Of a DNA stretch of 64,000 nucleotides, positions 20,702-29,801 are shown one piece after another; positions within the stretch are counted from its first letter, which is position 1; every line of letters begins with the position of its first letter. A program made the translations under genes and the position numbers. The stretch lies in the NCBI GenBank assembly GCA_963662435.1, contig OY759598.1:62001-126000 (forward strand). The letters are read 5' to 3'. The stretch comes from Dehalococcoidia bacterium. Lineage in GTDB: Bacteria > Chloroflexota > Dehalococcoidia > Lucifugimonadales > VXLM01. The notes below the pieces were generated by a model. The model did no database searches. It was not told the origin of the DNA and saw nothing but the letters and a program-made list of their open reading frames with translations.

Positions 20702-21448
20702 TTAGCGGACCAGTTCAAGCAAAATTGGTACTCCCATATCGATGTACTTCTGTCGAGTGTCGGGAGTGTTGTTTCTGTGTACCAGCTTGGTATTCGTGCC
20801 TTCTAGTTGCGTTAGGACGTGCTTCACGCAGTCGTCGACACTTTGGAAAGGGTGGTTCGGGTGAATCTCAATATCGAGCGTCAGGTCCATAGGGCCAAAT
20901 GAGAGACAGTCTACCCCCGGCTTGGCGAGGAGGTGTGCATTGGAGACGGAGTGAAGAGACTCGATCTGAATCCAGAGTACGCCGGTGGAATTCCACCACT
21001 TGCGGTAGGCCACGTGATCGCCGCCCCGCTTGTCGAACCCGATGCGTGTGCGTCCTCCCCAGCTGCGTACTCCGTCGGGGATGTAGTAGAAATTGTCGAC
21101 CGCCTCGTCCACAGTCTCTTCGGTCTCGACCTGCGGTACTTCAACCCCCGTGGGACCGAGGTCGAGATAGTTGCCTATAAGGTAGGTGTGGCGCGTGTGC
21201 TTGATGCGAAACTGCACGTGAATTCCGATTTCGGCGGCCATCTCACAGAAGGCAACTATGGTCTCTTCGTTGAAGGCGGTGTGCTGGCTATCAGTGCTCA
21301 CGAAGTCATACGGCCCCGACGCGATAATGTCTTCGAGTCGCCCTTTCGACACCTTTGGCGATACGCTTACGCCGAGCAGTTGCTCTCCCGCGTGAATGCG
21401 ACTCTTGAGCGTGAGCGCGCTCGGTTTCGTTGGTTCCATATGTCTCAA
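20702..21448 (-). CDS. HpcH/HpaI aldolase family protein
   Basis: DFVSTDSQH, LDLGP.GVEVPQVET, IQIES, FGPMDL. Confidence 0.85.
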   Translation of the reverse strand: MRHMEPTKPSALTLKSRIHAGEQLLGVSVSPKVSKGRLEDIIASGPYDFVSTDSQHTAFNEETIVAFCEMAAEIGIHVQFRIKHTRHTYLIGNYLDLGPTGVEVPQVETEETVDEAVDNFYYIPDGVRSWGGRTRIGFDKRGGDHVAYRKWWNSTGVLWIQIESLHSVSNAHLLAKPGVDCLSFGPMDLTLDIEIHPNHPFQSVDDCVKHVLTQLEGTNTKLVHRNNTPDTRQKYIDMGVPILLELVR

Positions 21449-21613
21449 TGCTCCTGCTAGATCGATATGTGGCGCATATTGTATGGAGTTTAAGCGGCGG
21501 GGTCTAGGTACCGACCTTACGTATTCCGTATGAGTGCAAGCAGGCCTCGCCTCCGTCGGACCGGTTTGAAGCCGGGCTTCCTCCTTGTGCTAGAATTGTG
21601 ATTCGCGTGCATC

Positions 21614-22285
21614 ATGAATTTAATCCTGATTAGACATGCTGAGAGTACGGCCAACTCCGAGGGACGCTGGCAAGGACGGGCGAATTTTCCGCTGTCTGAA
21701 TCCGGTCGTTCACAGGCACGACGTCTGCTGGAACGTTTGGAACGTGATGAGTACAAGCCGACTCGCATCTACTCCAGCCCGCTCAGCCGGGTACTAGAGA
21801 CCGCTCAGATTGCGTCGTCGAAATGGGAACTTCCTATTGAGCAATGGGACGACCTCATGGAGCACGACGTCGGAGCATTCTCAGGGCTGACATGGGCTGA
21901 GTTGGAAGAACGCTTTTCAGAAACCTTTCGCGAATTCAATGAGACTCGCAACTTCGACATCATTGAAGGAGCGGAGACTCTCGCCGAAATGCAAGCCAGA
22001 GCACGTCGGGTGGTGGACCGGCTCGTTCGTCGGCACGACAATGAGGACCGCGTGCTGGTGTTCTCCCATGGGGGCATATTGACATGGATCATTGCCCAGC
22101 TCCTCGGCGCGGACAGGATATGGGGCATCAGCGTTCGCAATACCGCGATCTTCGAGTTTTCCGTTGACGTGGACAAGTGGCACATGGACGGTAGCATACG
22201 GACTGCCAATAACCTGTGGCGCATCGAGCGGTTCAATGATGCAAGTCACTTGGACCAACAGCCTGATTCGACGCTTGCCCACTAG
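21614..22285 (+). CDS. Histidine phosphatase family protein
   Basis: LIRHAES, YSSPL.R, VFSHGG, FNDASHL. Confidence 0.92.
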   Translation: MNLILIRHAESTANSEGRWQGRANFPLSESGRSQARRLLERLERDEYKPTRIYSSPLSRVLETAQIASSKWELPIEQWDDLMEHDVGAFSGLTWAELEERFSETFREFNETRNFDIIEGAETLAEMQARARRVVDRLVRRHDNEDRVLVFSHGGILTWIIAQLLGADRIWGISVRNTAIFEFSVDVDKWHMDGSIRTANNLWRIERFNDASHLDQQPDSTLAH

Positions 22286-22334
22286 CGCCAGGATTCTACC
22301 GGCTTGCGATCACCCAGCATTCAGGTAGCGCAGT

Positions 22335-23810
22335 CTAGCCGAGGAAGAGGCGAAGGTGGGCCGCCTCTTGAATGTAGTGGTCGATCTCCACGGTTGTGCT
22401 GTCGCGGTTTAGGCTTGCCCAGATGGCGCTGGTCAGTCCCTCGTGGACTCGATCCAATTCATCCGTAAACCTGCCCACCAACTCCACGTATGGGTCGCCG
22501 AGCAGTTCCCCCACGTGTCGTTCATTTGCGAACTGCAGGGCGGCGCGAAGGTCACCGTCGATACTTGGATAGACCTCGCGGACGTATGCCAGGTCGTCAT
22601 CGTCCAATGCTCCGAGTCCCAACAGTTCGGGTGGCACGCCGATGGAATAGAGGGAAGCCGAGAATCCGATCGCCCGAGGGAGGGTTACCCCTCCTACACC
22701 GCCGAGGGAGCGTCCGTAACCGAAGAGTCCTACGTGCATCTTGCGCTCACGTCGCTTCGGCACATGCGGGGAAACGGTCCTTATGACGTCGGCCAGCCGC
22801 TGCACCTGCGACTGATACTCGGCGGTCGTCTTTTCGATTATCTCGTTGGCTCTCTCTGGCACAACCGGCACGGGCTCGCCACGTTCATGGGCGAGAATCT
22901 GCGCGATGCCGTCGCGAACGGTCTCCTCACCGTAGTCGTACTTGAATGCAGACTGGACGGTGAATGTGTGGGCCGTGGGATACTCAATGAAGGCACGCTC
23001 GATATTCACGGGAGTCAGATGTCCGCGAAACGGCACCGATCCGGCTCCGATGATGGGATACAGGGGGAGTCCCAGCTTCTGTTCGAGGTTGTGGAGTCGA
23101 TGCAGCCCCACCTTGAGAATCAGCTCGGCGCCTACGATTCCGTAGTTGAGCGCGGGGTCACTGCGGGCGAGGAAGACTCTCTGATACGGCAAGTCCCTAT
23201 CTCTCACATAATCCTCGACAATGCGATCGCAATGGAAAATGTGCTCCATGTCCTCTATGAGGGGAATAACGCGGACTCGCTTGGGCAGGAACTCTCCCAC
23301 CCAGTCCATCACGGACTGGTCGCCGAGCAATGTCCTGTCCTCCTGCCCGACGATGATCTTTCGGTAGTAGGCCTCGACCAAAGCGATTTCCTCCGCTGAG
23401 GTCGTCATTGGAAGAATGACTTCCTGGATGGGAGCGGAATCCGCCTCTCCATAGAACCCCTGCGCCGTATCCCATGCCGAGGGCACACTCTGGAGCGCCT
23501 CCACCATGGACTTCCTCATGTCGCGCTCGATTCGAGGATTCGGCACCCGCAGCGTCAGGGCAATGTCACGTCCAAGCCTACGTTCACTCTGGAAGAATTC
23601 AGGGTAGTTCGTAAGCAGCTTTCGGACGACCTGATTGTCGGCTTCCTTGCCCTCGGAGTCCCACATCTGCTCATCACAACCCATTTCAAAGACACTAACT
23701 GCCTCAGCCACCTCACCTTCACCCTTTAGCACTCCCGATTCGTCGGCATAGGGGGCCGGCGTGGCGTTGTCAGGGTGCTGAGTGCTCATCACTTTCGGGA
23801 CCAATGACAT
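22335..23810 (-). CDS. ppcA: Archaeal-type phosphoenolpyruvate carboxylase
   Basis: MSTQHPDN, EQMWDSEGK, LRVPNP, VIPLIED, FLARSDPALNYG, FRGHL, TVQSAFKYD, LPRAI; 491 aa. Confidence 0.93.
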   Translation of the reverse strand: MSLVPKVMSTQHPDNATPAPYADESGVLKGEGEVAEAVSVFEMGCDEQMWDSEGKEADNQVVRKLLTNYPEFFQSERRLGRDIALTLRVPNPRIERDMRKSMVEALQSVPSAWDTAQGFYGEADSAPIQEVILPMTTSAEEIALVEAYYRKIIVGQEDRTLLGDQSVMDWVGEFLPKRVRVIPLIEDMEHIFHCDRIVEDYVRDRDLPYQRVFLARSDPALNYGIVGAELILKVGLHRLHNLEQKLGLPLYPIIGAGSVPFRGHLTPVNIERAFIEYPTAHTFTVQSAFKYDYGEETVRDGIAQILAHERGEPVPVVPERANEIIEKTTAEYQSQVQRLADVIRTVSPHVPKRRERKMHVGLFGYGRSLGGVGGVTLPRAIGFSASLYSIGVPPELLGLGALDDDDLAYVREVYPSIDGDLRAALQFANERHVGELLGDPYVELVGRFTDELDRVHEGLTSAIWASLNRDSTTVEIDHYIQEAAHLRLFLG

Positions 23811-23953
23811 GGTGTGTCTCCCCTACAATCTGTCCCCTAGGAATGGGGCAGGCATGCAGTCCAAGTTGGGCTTGATTGTAACAGGACGGTCAATTCCCGC
23901 CCAAATGCCTACGAGACAGGAGAAGTGCAGAGGAATCCGTCGGGACCTTCCAG

Positions 23954-24955
23954 TCATTCATCCTCACTGATATAGACCCCATGCACCTCGGAATTGAATC
24001 CCTGATAGCAGGAGTAATAAACGCAGAAAAGATGACCGTCCGAGAGCCTGACCACGGACGGATAGCCGCAGTTCCAGTCCGTGCCCTTGTAGACTTGTGC
24101 CGAGTATTGCCAGGTCATACCACAGTCATCCGTTACGCTTACGCTCACGCCGGGGCGCTGTTGGTCGCGGTCGCGGTAGAAGCAGGCCACGGCGCCGTAG
24201 TGCAGTCCGAAGAGGAACGGGGTCTGGCCCCGAAATGGGATGGGGAAGGGCTCAGACCACGTGCAGCCCTCATCACTCGAGTAGGACAGGTAGCTGTCAA
24301 AGGGTGGATCCTGAGTGCGGATCACGGCCATGAAACGGCCGTCCGGCAGTCTCGTCACGGCGGGCTCGTAGAAAGTGATCTTGGACGAACGCGCGACCAT
24401 AGACTTTCTTCTCCAAGTCATGCCCATGTCATGCGAGAACCCTACGGCGGCGTAGGTGGTGCCCCCGGGTTCGTCGGAACCGTAGATGGGGAGCATCCAA
24501 TCACCATCGCTAGTGATAAGCGCACGGTCCATAGCGTGTGGCTCCGTGAATCCGCCGAAGAGGGCGAGCTCTTCACCCATCGGACCCCAAGTCAAGCCGC
24601 CATCGGTGGACCGTATGGGGTGGACATGCGATTCCGGTGTACCCACACGTCTGGCCTTCATGACAAACATGACGAGACCGCCGTCGGGCGTCTGAACCAT
24701 GCGGTTTCCGCCGCTGCAGTCCCAGCCGGGTATCGCCGCGACGGGTCGGGGCTCCGACCAGGTGCGGCCACAGTCCACTGAACGTGTGGTCACCAGTGCG
24801 CCGTCGTCGATCATGTCGTAGTCCCCGATGGGATGTCGGCTGGCAAGTCGGTACCCAACAAGCAGGTCGCCACTGGGCAAGAGCTGAACACCTGCCAGCG
24901 CTCTAGACCGGGATTCAGATCCACCGGCGATGATGACTCTGTCGATTATCTTCAC
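23954..24955 (-). CDS. BNR/Asp-box sialidase-family protein
   Basis: Repeated S.D.G.TW Asp boxes; GYPS near the C-terminus. Confidence 0.82.
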   Translation of the reverse strand: MKIIDRVIIAGGSESRSRALAGVQLLPSGDLLVGYRLASRHPIGDYDMIDDGALVTTRSVDCGRTWSEPRPVAAIPGWDCSGGNRMVQTPDGGLVMFVMKARRVGTPESHVHPIRSTDGGLTWGPMGEELALFGGFTEPHAMDRALITSDGDWMLPIYGSDEPGGTTYAAVGFSHDMGMTWRRKSMVARSSKITFYEPAVTRLPDGRFMAVIRTQDPPFDSYLSYSSDEGCTWSEPFPIPFRGQTPFLFGLHYGAVACFYRDRDQQRPGVSVSVTDDCGMTWQYSAQVYKGTDWNCGYPSVVRLSDGHLFCVYYSCYQGFNSEVHGVYISEDE

Positions 24956-24958
24956 TCC

Positions 24959-25696
24959 CTAGTCCTCAGAGGACACTTTGTCGGGTACGCCGAGCTTTGC
25001 GAAGGTGTCTTGGAGATAGTCCACCGTGTAGCTCACCATCGCATCAGTTGCAAGCCTGCCCTTTTCGGCAGTTGCCAGGCTGGAATGTCCCCACACCCCG
25101 TCCGGGCAATACTCTTTCATGGGCAGATAGTCGAAAAAGACAGGCCCAACATCCGGAACATGGTCTATGCGTGACGGGCCTACTTGGTCGGGTGCCGCGT
25201 GCATCATGATTGAAGTCTCCAATTCACCGGCGTGCTGTTCATCGCGATAGGAGTCCAGTACCTCGTTAAGGCCTTCGTTCGCATCTTGGCCGGGACTTAC
25301 CAGGACGACTTTCCCCTGTGACTGGGTCAGGTTGAGTTCGCGTACGACCAACTTCAGTATGAGGTTGCCGCCGTGAAAGTTCAGGACGGCGATGCGGCGG
25401 AACCCCTGCTCAAGCAAACTCTCCACTACGTCCTTCACAACAGCGCCAAGGGTCTCGGGCGAGAGAAATATTGAACCACGGAATCCTGCATGGGCCTGTG
25501 AGCAACCGAATGGCATGCCGGGGAGAAGATAGGCGTCGAGCCGCTTTGCCACCTGCTTCGCAACGACTTCCCCCTGAAACCAGTCAACGGACAGAGGGAG
25601 ATGCGGCCCATGCTGCTCAATGGCACCCACCGGCAGAACTGCGGTATCGACTCCACTTTGTTCGAGTTCCAGATAGGTCGAAGAGGCGTCATACAT
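24959..25696 (-). CDS. Creatininase family amidohydrolase
   Basis: LPVGAIEQHGPHLPL..D, NFHGGN, HAGELETS, ATAEKG. Confidence 0.92.
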   Translation of the reverse strand: MYDASSTYLELEQSGVDTAVLPVGAIEQHGPHLPLSVDWFQGEVVAKQVAKRLDAYLLPGMPFGCSQAHAGFRGSIFLSPETLGAVVKDVVESLLEQGFRRIAVLNFHGGNLILKLVVRELNLTQSQGKVVLVSPGQDANEGLNEVLDSYRDEQHAGELETSIMMHAAPDQVGPSRIDHVPDVGPVFFDYLPMKEYCPDGVWGHSSLATAEKGRLATDAMVSYTVDYLQDTFAKLGVPDKVSSED

Positions 25697-25844
25697 GCCA
25701 AATTCTCCGTCGAGAGTTCCTTCTTGCGCACCGTAGATCTGGTACGAAATTCTGAGGGCCTAAAATGGATTTGCTCATACGGTGACCAACATCCAAGTTA
25801 GGTACTGCTATCATAGACCAGTCTGGGTGTTTAGGAGGAGGCGC

Positions 25845-25873
25845 TTGACGGACTTGGGGCTACCCAATATCAT
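25845..25873 (+). promoter_or_regulatory. sigma70-type promoter of the TusA/DsrE/MetE operon
   Basis: TTGACG-N17-TATCAT. Confidence 0.6.
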
Positions 25874-25936
25874 GCCGCCCGTTCCTCCAGGACATACAGA
25901 CCGATCAACATCCGGTAGCAATATGTTGGCCAAGAA

Positions 25937-26215
25937 TTGACCTCATCGCATTCCGCTCACCGCGTTTCCCCTACCGCCAGCCATGTAGATAACTTCAAGG
26001 TTGTCGACGAGTGGGACGCGGGCGACATGGGTTGTGGTGAAATACTTATTCTGCTCCGATCGAGGATGCGCGATTTCGAGGTCGGAGACGTGCTCAAGCT
26101 GACCACGCGAGACCTGGGAGCACCTGAGGACCTTCCAGCGTGGTGCAGGCTCACCGGACGACGCTTGGCCCATGCCGATCATCCCGACTACTGGATCGAG
26201 CAGTCCAATCACTGA
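25937..26215 (+). CDS. TusA/SirA family sulfur carrier
   Basis: WDAGDMGCG, GDVLKL...D.GA.EDLPAWCRLTG. Confidence 0.82.
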   Translation: MTSSHSAHRVSPTASHVDNFKVVDEWDAGDMGCGEILILLRSRMRDFEVGDVLKLTTRDLGAPEDLPAWCRLTGRRLAHADHPDYWIEQSNH

Positions 26216-26240
26216 AATCCAAAACTGAGAGAAGATAGCT

Positions 26241-26603
26241 ATGGCCGGAAAGTTCTGCGTTAGTCTCACCTGTGCTAAGGACGATACCGACAAGGCGACG
26301 GTTGCATTTGTGGTCGCCAACGCAGCCCTCGGATCCGAGAAGGAGACGATGGTCTTCCTGAGCACAGAGGGCGTTCGTGTGGCCGAAAAGGGATATGTCG
26401 ACGATGTCCACGAAGAAGGGTTCATGTCCCTGAAGGAGCTCATGGACGTTTTCATCGAAGGCGGTGGAACTCTCTACGTGTGCGCACCATGCTTCAAGAA
26501 GCGGGGACTAGACGAGAACAACCTCGTGGACGGAGCGGTTATCGTTGGCGGAGCAAAGCTGGTCGAGTTCCTGTCGGACGGCAGTCCCAGCATCACCTAC
26601 TAG
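26241..26603 (+). CDS. DsrE/DsrF-like family protein
   Basis: ATVAFVVANAA, FLSTEGV, YVCAPCFKKRG. Confidence 0.85.
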   Translation: MAGKFCVSLTCAKDDTDKATVAFVVANAALGSEKETMVFLSTEGVRVAEKGYVDDVHEEGFMSLKELMDVFIEGGGTLYVCAPCFKKRGLDENNLVDGAVIVGGAKLVEFLSDGSPSITY

Positions 26604-26629
26604 TCTCGTCATCGCCGCTGCAACCACAG

Positions 26630-28138
26630 ATGGAGCACGTTATTCAGCACGACTACGAGCCCGACGTTAGCTTCGACGGTGGCGATCTGGACTGCGGCGG
26701 GGGGCTGCTACTCCTCATCCGCAAGCACATCGACCCGCTCGAGCCGGGAGGGCTGCTGGAGATTCTCTCGATAGACTCGACCGTGGAAGTCGAGCTGCCC
26801 GCGTGGTGCCGGTTGACGGGCAACGAACTTGTCTCGTGGACGAGACAAGGGGACAGCCGCAGCTTCCTTGTCAGCAAGGGAACCTTCACGGGGCGCAATG
26901 GAAGCAAGGTAACCTCCCCTACCCTCTCGCAGCAGGTCAGGGTGGAGGTCTCCATTCCTGAGTCGCTCCCCCGCCCCACACCGGCGCCGAAGATTGCCCC
27001 GCTTTCCGTTATGGGCATCGGTAGTTGGCCTCGACCGGGATGGATGCTTAGAGCCATGCACGACCGGCTCGAGGGGCGGCTTTCCAATCCAGAATTCGCG
27101 GCAACGGCGGATGACGCCGTTCGACTCTGCGTCGACGCGCAGGTGCGGGCCGGAGTCGATGTGCTGACCGACGGGGAGCAGAGGAGGGACAACTACGCCA
27201 GTTTCGTCGGCGGTCTGCTCGACAACTGCCAGCTCGTACCTCTCAGTGATCTTTCCGCCATGGTCGACGATTCGGAGAAGTTCCAGAGGGAGCTTCGAGC
27301 ACTCGATGTTCCTCTGGATGAGGTACGGCACCCCGTTGTTTACGGCAAGTTGGGCAGAAGTCGCTCGCTGGCTGTCCATGAGATCGAATACGCGCAGACC
27401 TGCTCAGACAGACCCATCAAGGTTTCCTTGCCGGGGCCTTACCTGCTCACTCGAACGATGTGGCTCGACTGCCTGACGGATCGACCGTATGAGACTCGGG
27501 ATGAGCTCGCCAGGGATGTCGTTCGGGTCTTGCGAGAGGAGGCGTATTTTCTCCTCGCATCCGGGGCAACGCTGGTACAGTTCGACGAGCCGGTGTTGAC
27601 AGAAGTCGTTCACGGCAGCCGGCAAGACGGCAGGACATTCATGTGCGGCGCATTGAGCGAGAGGCTGGAGCCTGAACATGAACTCGACTTTGCCGTCGAA
27701 CTCCTGAACGAGGTAGTCCGCGGACTTCCAAGAGAGAGACTCGGACTTCACGTTTGCAGGGGGAACTGGACTAGCGATGAGTCGGCCGCACTCTCCGGGG
27801 GCTACCGACCACTCGTGGACGCGCTGCAGCGAGTGGACGTATCAATCCTGTTTCTGGAGCTTGCCACTCCAAGGGCGGGCGACGCGAAAGTGCTAAGCGG
27901 CCTACCCGATGACAAACGACTTGGCGTTGGAGTCGTCAATCCCAAGATCCCGGACATTGAGTCGATCGCAGAGATCAGGAAGAGAATCGCACGTGCCGTC
28001 GACCTGTTTGGGCAGGAGCGTGTGCTCCTTACCCCGGACTGCGGGTTTGCGACCTACGCCGACAATCCCGTCTCTTCAGCTCGTGTTGCGGAGGCAAAGC
28101 TCGGGGCGATAGTCAAGGCACGGGACTTCGTCGCGTAG
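26630..28138 (+). CDS. TusA-like domain fused to a single-barrel cobalamin-independent methionine synthase (MetE-like) domain
   Basis: N-terminal FDGGDLDCG...ELPAWCRLTG; IGSWPRP, TDGEQRR, QFDEP, Zn ligands HVC, E and PDCGF. ATG at 26630 is in frame with ORF 26480. Confidence 0.85.
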   Translation: MEHVIQHDYEPDVSFDGGDLDCGGGLLLLIRKHIDPLEPGGLLEILSIDSTVEVELPAWCRLTGNELVSWTRQGDSRSFLVSKGTFTGRNGSKVTSPTLSQQVRVEVSIPESLPRPTPAPKIAPLSVMGIGSWPRPGWMLRAMHDRLEGRLSNPEFAATADDAVRLCVDAQVRAGVDVLTDGEQRRDNYASFVGGLLDNCQLVPLSDLSAMVDDSEKFQRELRALDVPLDEVRHPVVYGKLGRSRSLAVHEIEYAQTCSDRPIKVSLPGPYLLTRTMWLDCLTDRPYETRDELARDVVRVLREEAYFLLASGATLVQFDEPVLTEVVHGSRQDGRTFMCGALSERLEPEHELDFAVELLNEVVRGLPRERLGLHVCRGNWTSDESAALSGGYRPLVDALQRVDVSILFLELATPRAGDAKVLSGLPDDKRLGVGVVNPKIPDIESIAEIRKRIARAVDLFGQERVLLTPDCGFATYADNPVSSARVAEAKLGAIVKARDFVA

Positions 28139-28262
28139 CAGATTGACGCGTCGCGTGTAGGACCGTTGGCAACTGCCGCGGAACCATGAATGTGGGCTTG
28201 ACCCTACGACAAGCTCAGAGTGAAGGAGGGCCGCCACACATGCGCCTTACCGAATTGATTGC

Positions 28263-28703
28263 CTAGGACTCCGACGGGCCACACAGGAGATGGCATCCCG
28301 TGACGCCGAGCGTAATGGGTAGCAGAGTGTCAACGATTGCCCAAATCACCCATGCCTGATGGTTGCCGTCCAAACTGTCGGAGCCGAGAGCCAGGAGCGA
28401 AAGCCAGTTATGGAGGAACAGAATTGTTACCGCCACCGTCAGGTAGAAGAGTACATTGACCTCCAGGTACTGGCGAGTTACCGCTCCGGTGGGCTCAGGT
28501 CCCTCTACTTCACGCTTGGCGAAGAAGTTACAGATGAGGGCAACGACCAGCCCAATGAGCATGAGTACGTCTATGACATACCACGTGGTGAGCACGTCGA
28601 AGTCGAAGGACTCGTCGAGGACGGTATTTATGATGAAGAACACCGCTACCACTGCGGCAACTACGATCAGATAGGCTCCGGCCAGCTTCTTTAGTCCCGC
28701 CAT
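28263..28703 (-). CDS. Hypothetical membrane protein (about 4 TM)
   Basis: Hydrophobic segments; GGGGAGG RBS. Confidence 0.7.
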   Translation of the reverse strand: MAGLKKLAGAYLIVVAAVVAVFFIINTVLDESFDFDVLTTWYVIDVLMLIGLVVALICNFFAKREVEGPEPTGAVTRQYLEVNVLFYLTVAVTILFLHNWLSLLALGSDSLDGNHQAWVIWAIVDTLLPITLGVTGCHLLCGPSES

Positions 28704-28903
28704 GGAATCCTCCCCTTGGTTCCCTATTCTTCCGTGTTTAGGTACGTGTATGAAATATCAGATGGACAAAGTTATGTCAATTCGGTGGCTTGGTAACAAC
28801 ACTCACCGCTGGGCAAATGCGAAACGCGGGGATCCGACAATCCGGAACTGTACGACGGATTCAGATTCTGCTTTCCGGAAGAACGAGGGCTGCGAGAAAG
28901 ACT

Positions 28904-29629
28904 CTATGAGGTGAGCGCGTCGGTCGCGGGTCTCGTCTCGGCGAGCTGTCTTTCCAACTGCCGGGTACGTGCGGTGTAGCGATACAGTTCTTCTTGTCGC
29001 TGCAACCTGGTTTCTTCCAGTTCTCGCTGGGCCCTTCTCACGTTCCTAATCTCTTGGAAGATTGCCCAGCCTGCCAGGAGAGGCCCGACGATGATTCCAA
29101 CTATGTTGAAAGCACCCAGGGCGAATCGTAGACCGGTGGAGGCGGCGATGGAGCCGCCAGTCCCGCCGAATGCGGCGAATCGAGGAAGAATCGTCAGAAG
29201 TCTCGTACTAAGCGGCCGCACCACGTTCAGAATTGTTGCCGACCATACTCTCCAAACAGCTCCGGCTGCAAAGCTCCCACCGTGGCGACCGATGATGCTG
29301 AACTTCGAGTGAGGAGAACCGTCTGCGAGTGTGCGCTCACGACGTCTCAGTAGGCGCCGCCATCGTGGTGCCTCCTCCTCAACTGCATCGGTGTCTTCGG
29401 GTTCTCGAAGGGCGGTGGGAAGCTCCGGCTCCTCTATGTCCAGTTGGCGGGATAGTGCGACTTGTCGCTCATACTGTTGTCTCATTTCATCGCGATGGCG
29501 AGATTCGACCTCTTCCAATTCAGCGCGAAGCGCGTTGAGCCGGGCGTGACCCTTCAACTTGGCCACGGCCTGCACTATGGCCGAGCCACCGGCGACTGCT
29601 AGGGGAATAACGAGGAAAGGTAGGGGCAT
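28904..29629 (-). CDS. Hypothetical membrane/coiled-coil protein
   Basis: ORF from MPLPFLVIPLAVAGG; hydrophobic Gly-rich segments and coiled coils. Confidence 0.6.
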   Translation of the reverse strand: MPLPFLVIPLAVAGGSAIVQAVAKLKGHARLNALRAELEEVESRHRDEMRQQYERQVALSRQLDIEEPELPTALREPEDTDAVEEEAPRWRRLLRRRERTLADGSPHSKFSIIGRHGGSFAAGAVWRVWSATILNVVRPLSTRLLTILPRFAAFGGTGGSIAASTGLRFALGAFNIVGIIVGPLLAGWAIFQEIRNVRRAQRELEETRLQRQEELYRYTARTRQLERQLAETRPATDALTS

Positions 29630-29801
29630 GATCTTTTGGTCTGCGTTCGGAATCAGGCACATATTCCCCAATCGGGTAGCCTGATATGTTGCAGACCGTG
29701 AGTATATTCTAGCAAATGCAGGAACAGCGGCAGAACCCAATTCACCTGCCAACGTTGTGACAGCGAACGAATATCTATGCCGACATGCCACCTACTGCAC
29801 C

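Noticed and set aside
24959..25696. Mycofactocin peptidase mftE
   Set aside because: Generic creatininase motifs only, with no mft genes nearby.
25700..25937. SAM or cobalamin riboswitch upstream of the MetE-like operon
   Set aside because: No recognisable consensus, and the predicted leader is too short.
28196..28226. REP-like sequence CCCTACGACAAGCTCAGAGTGA
   Set aside because: Single degenerate copy with no partner in the window; cannot be supported.
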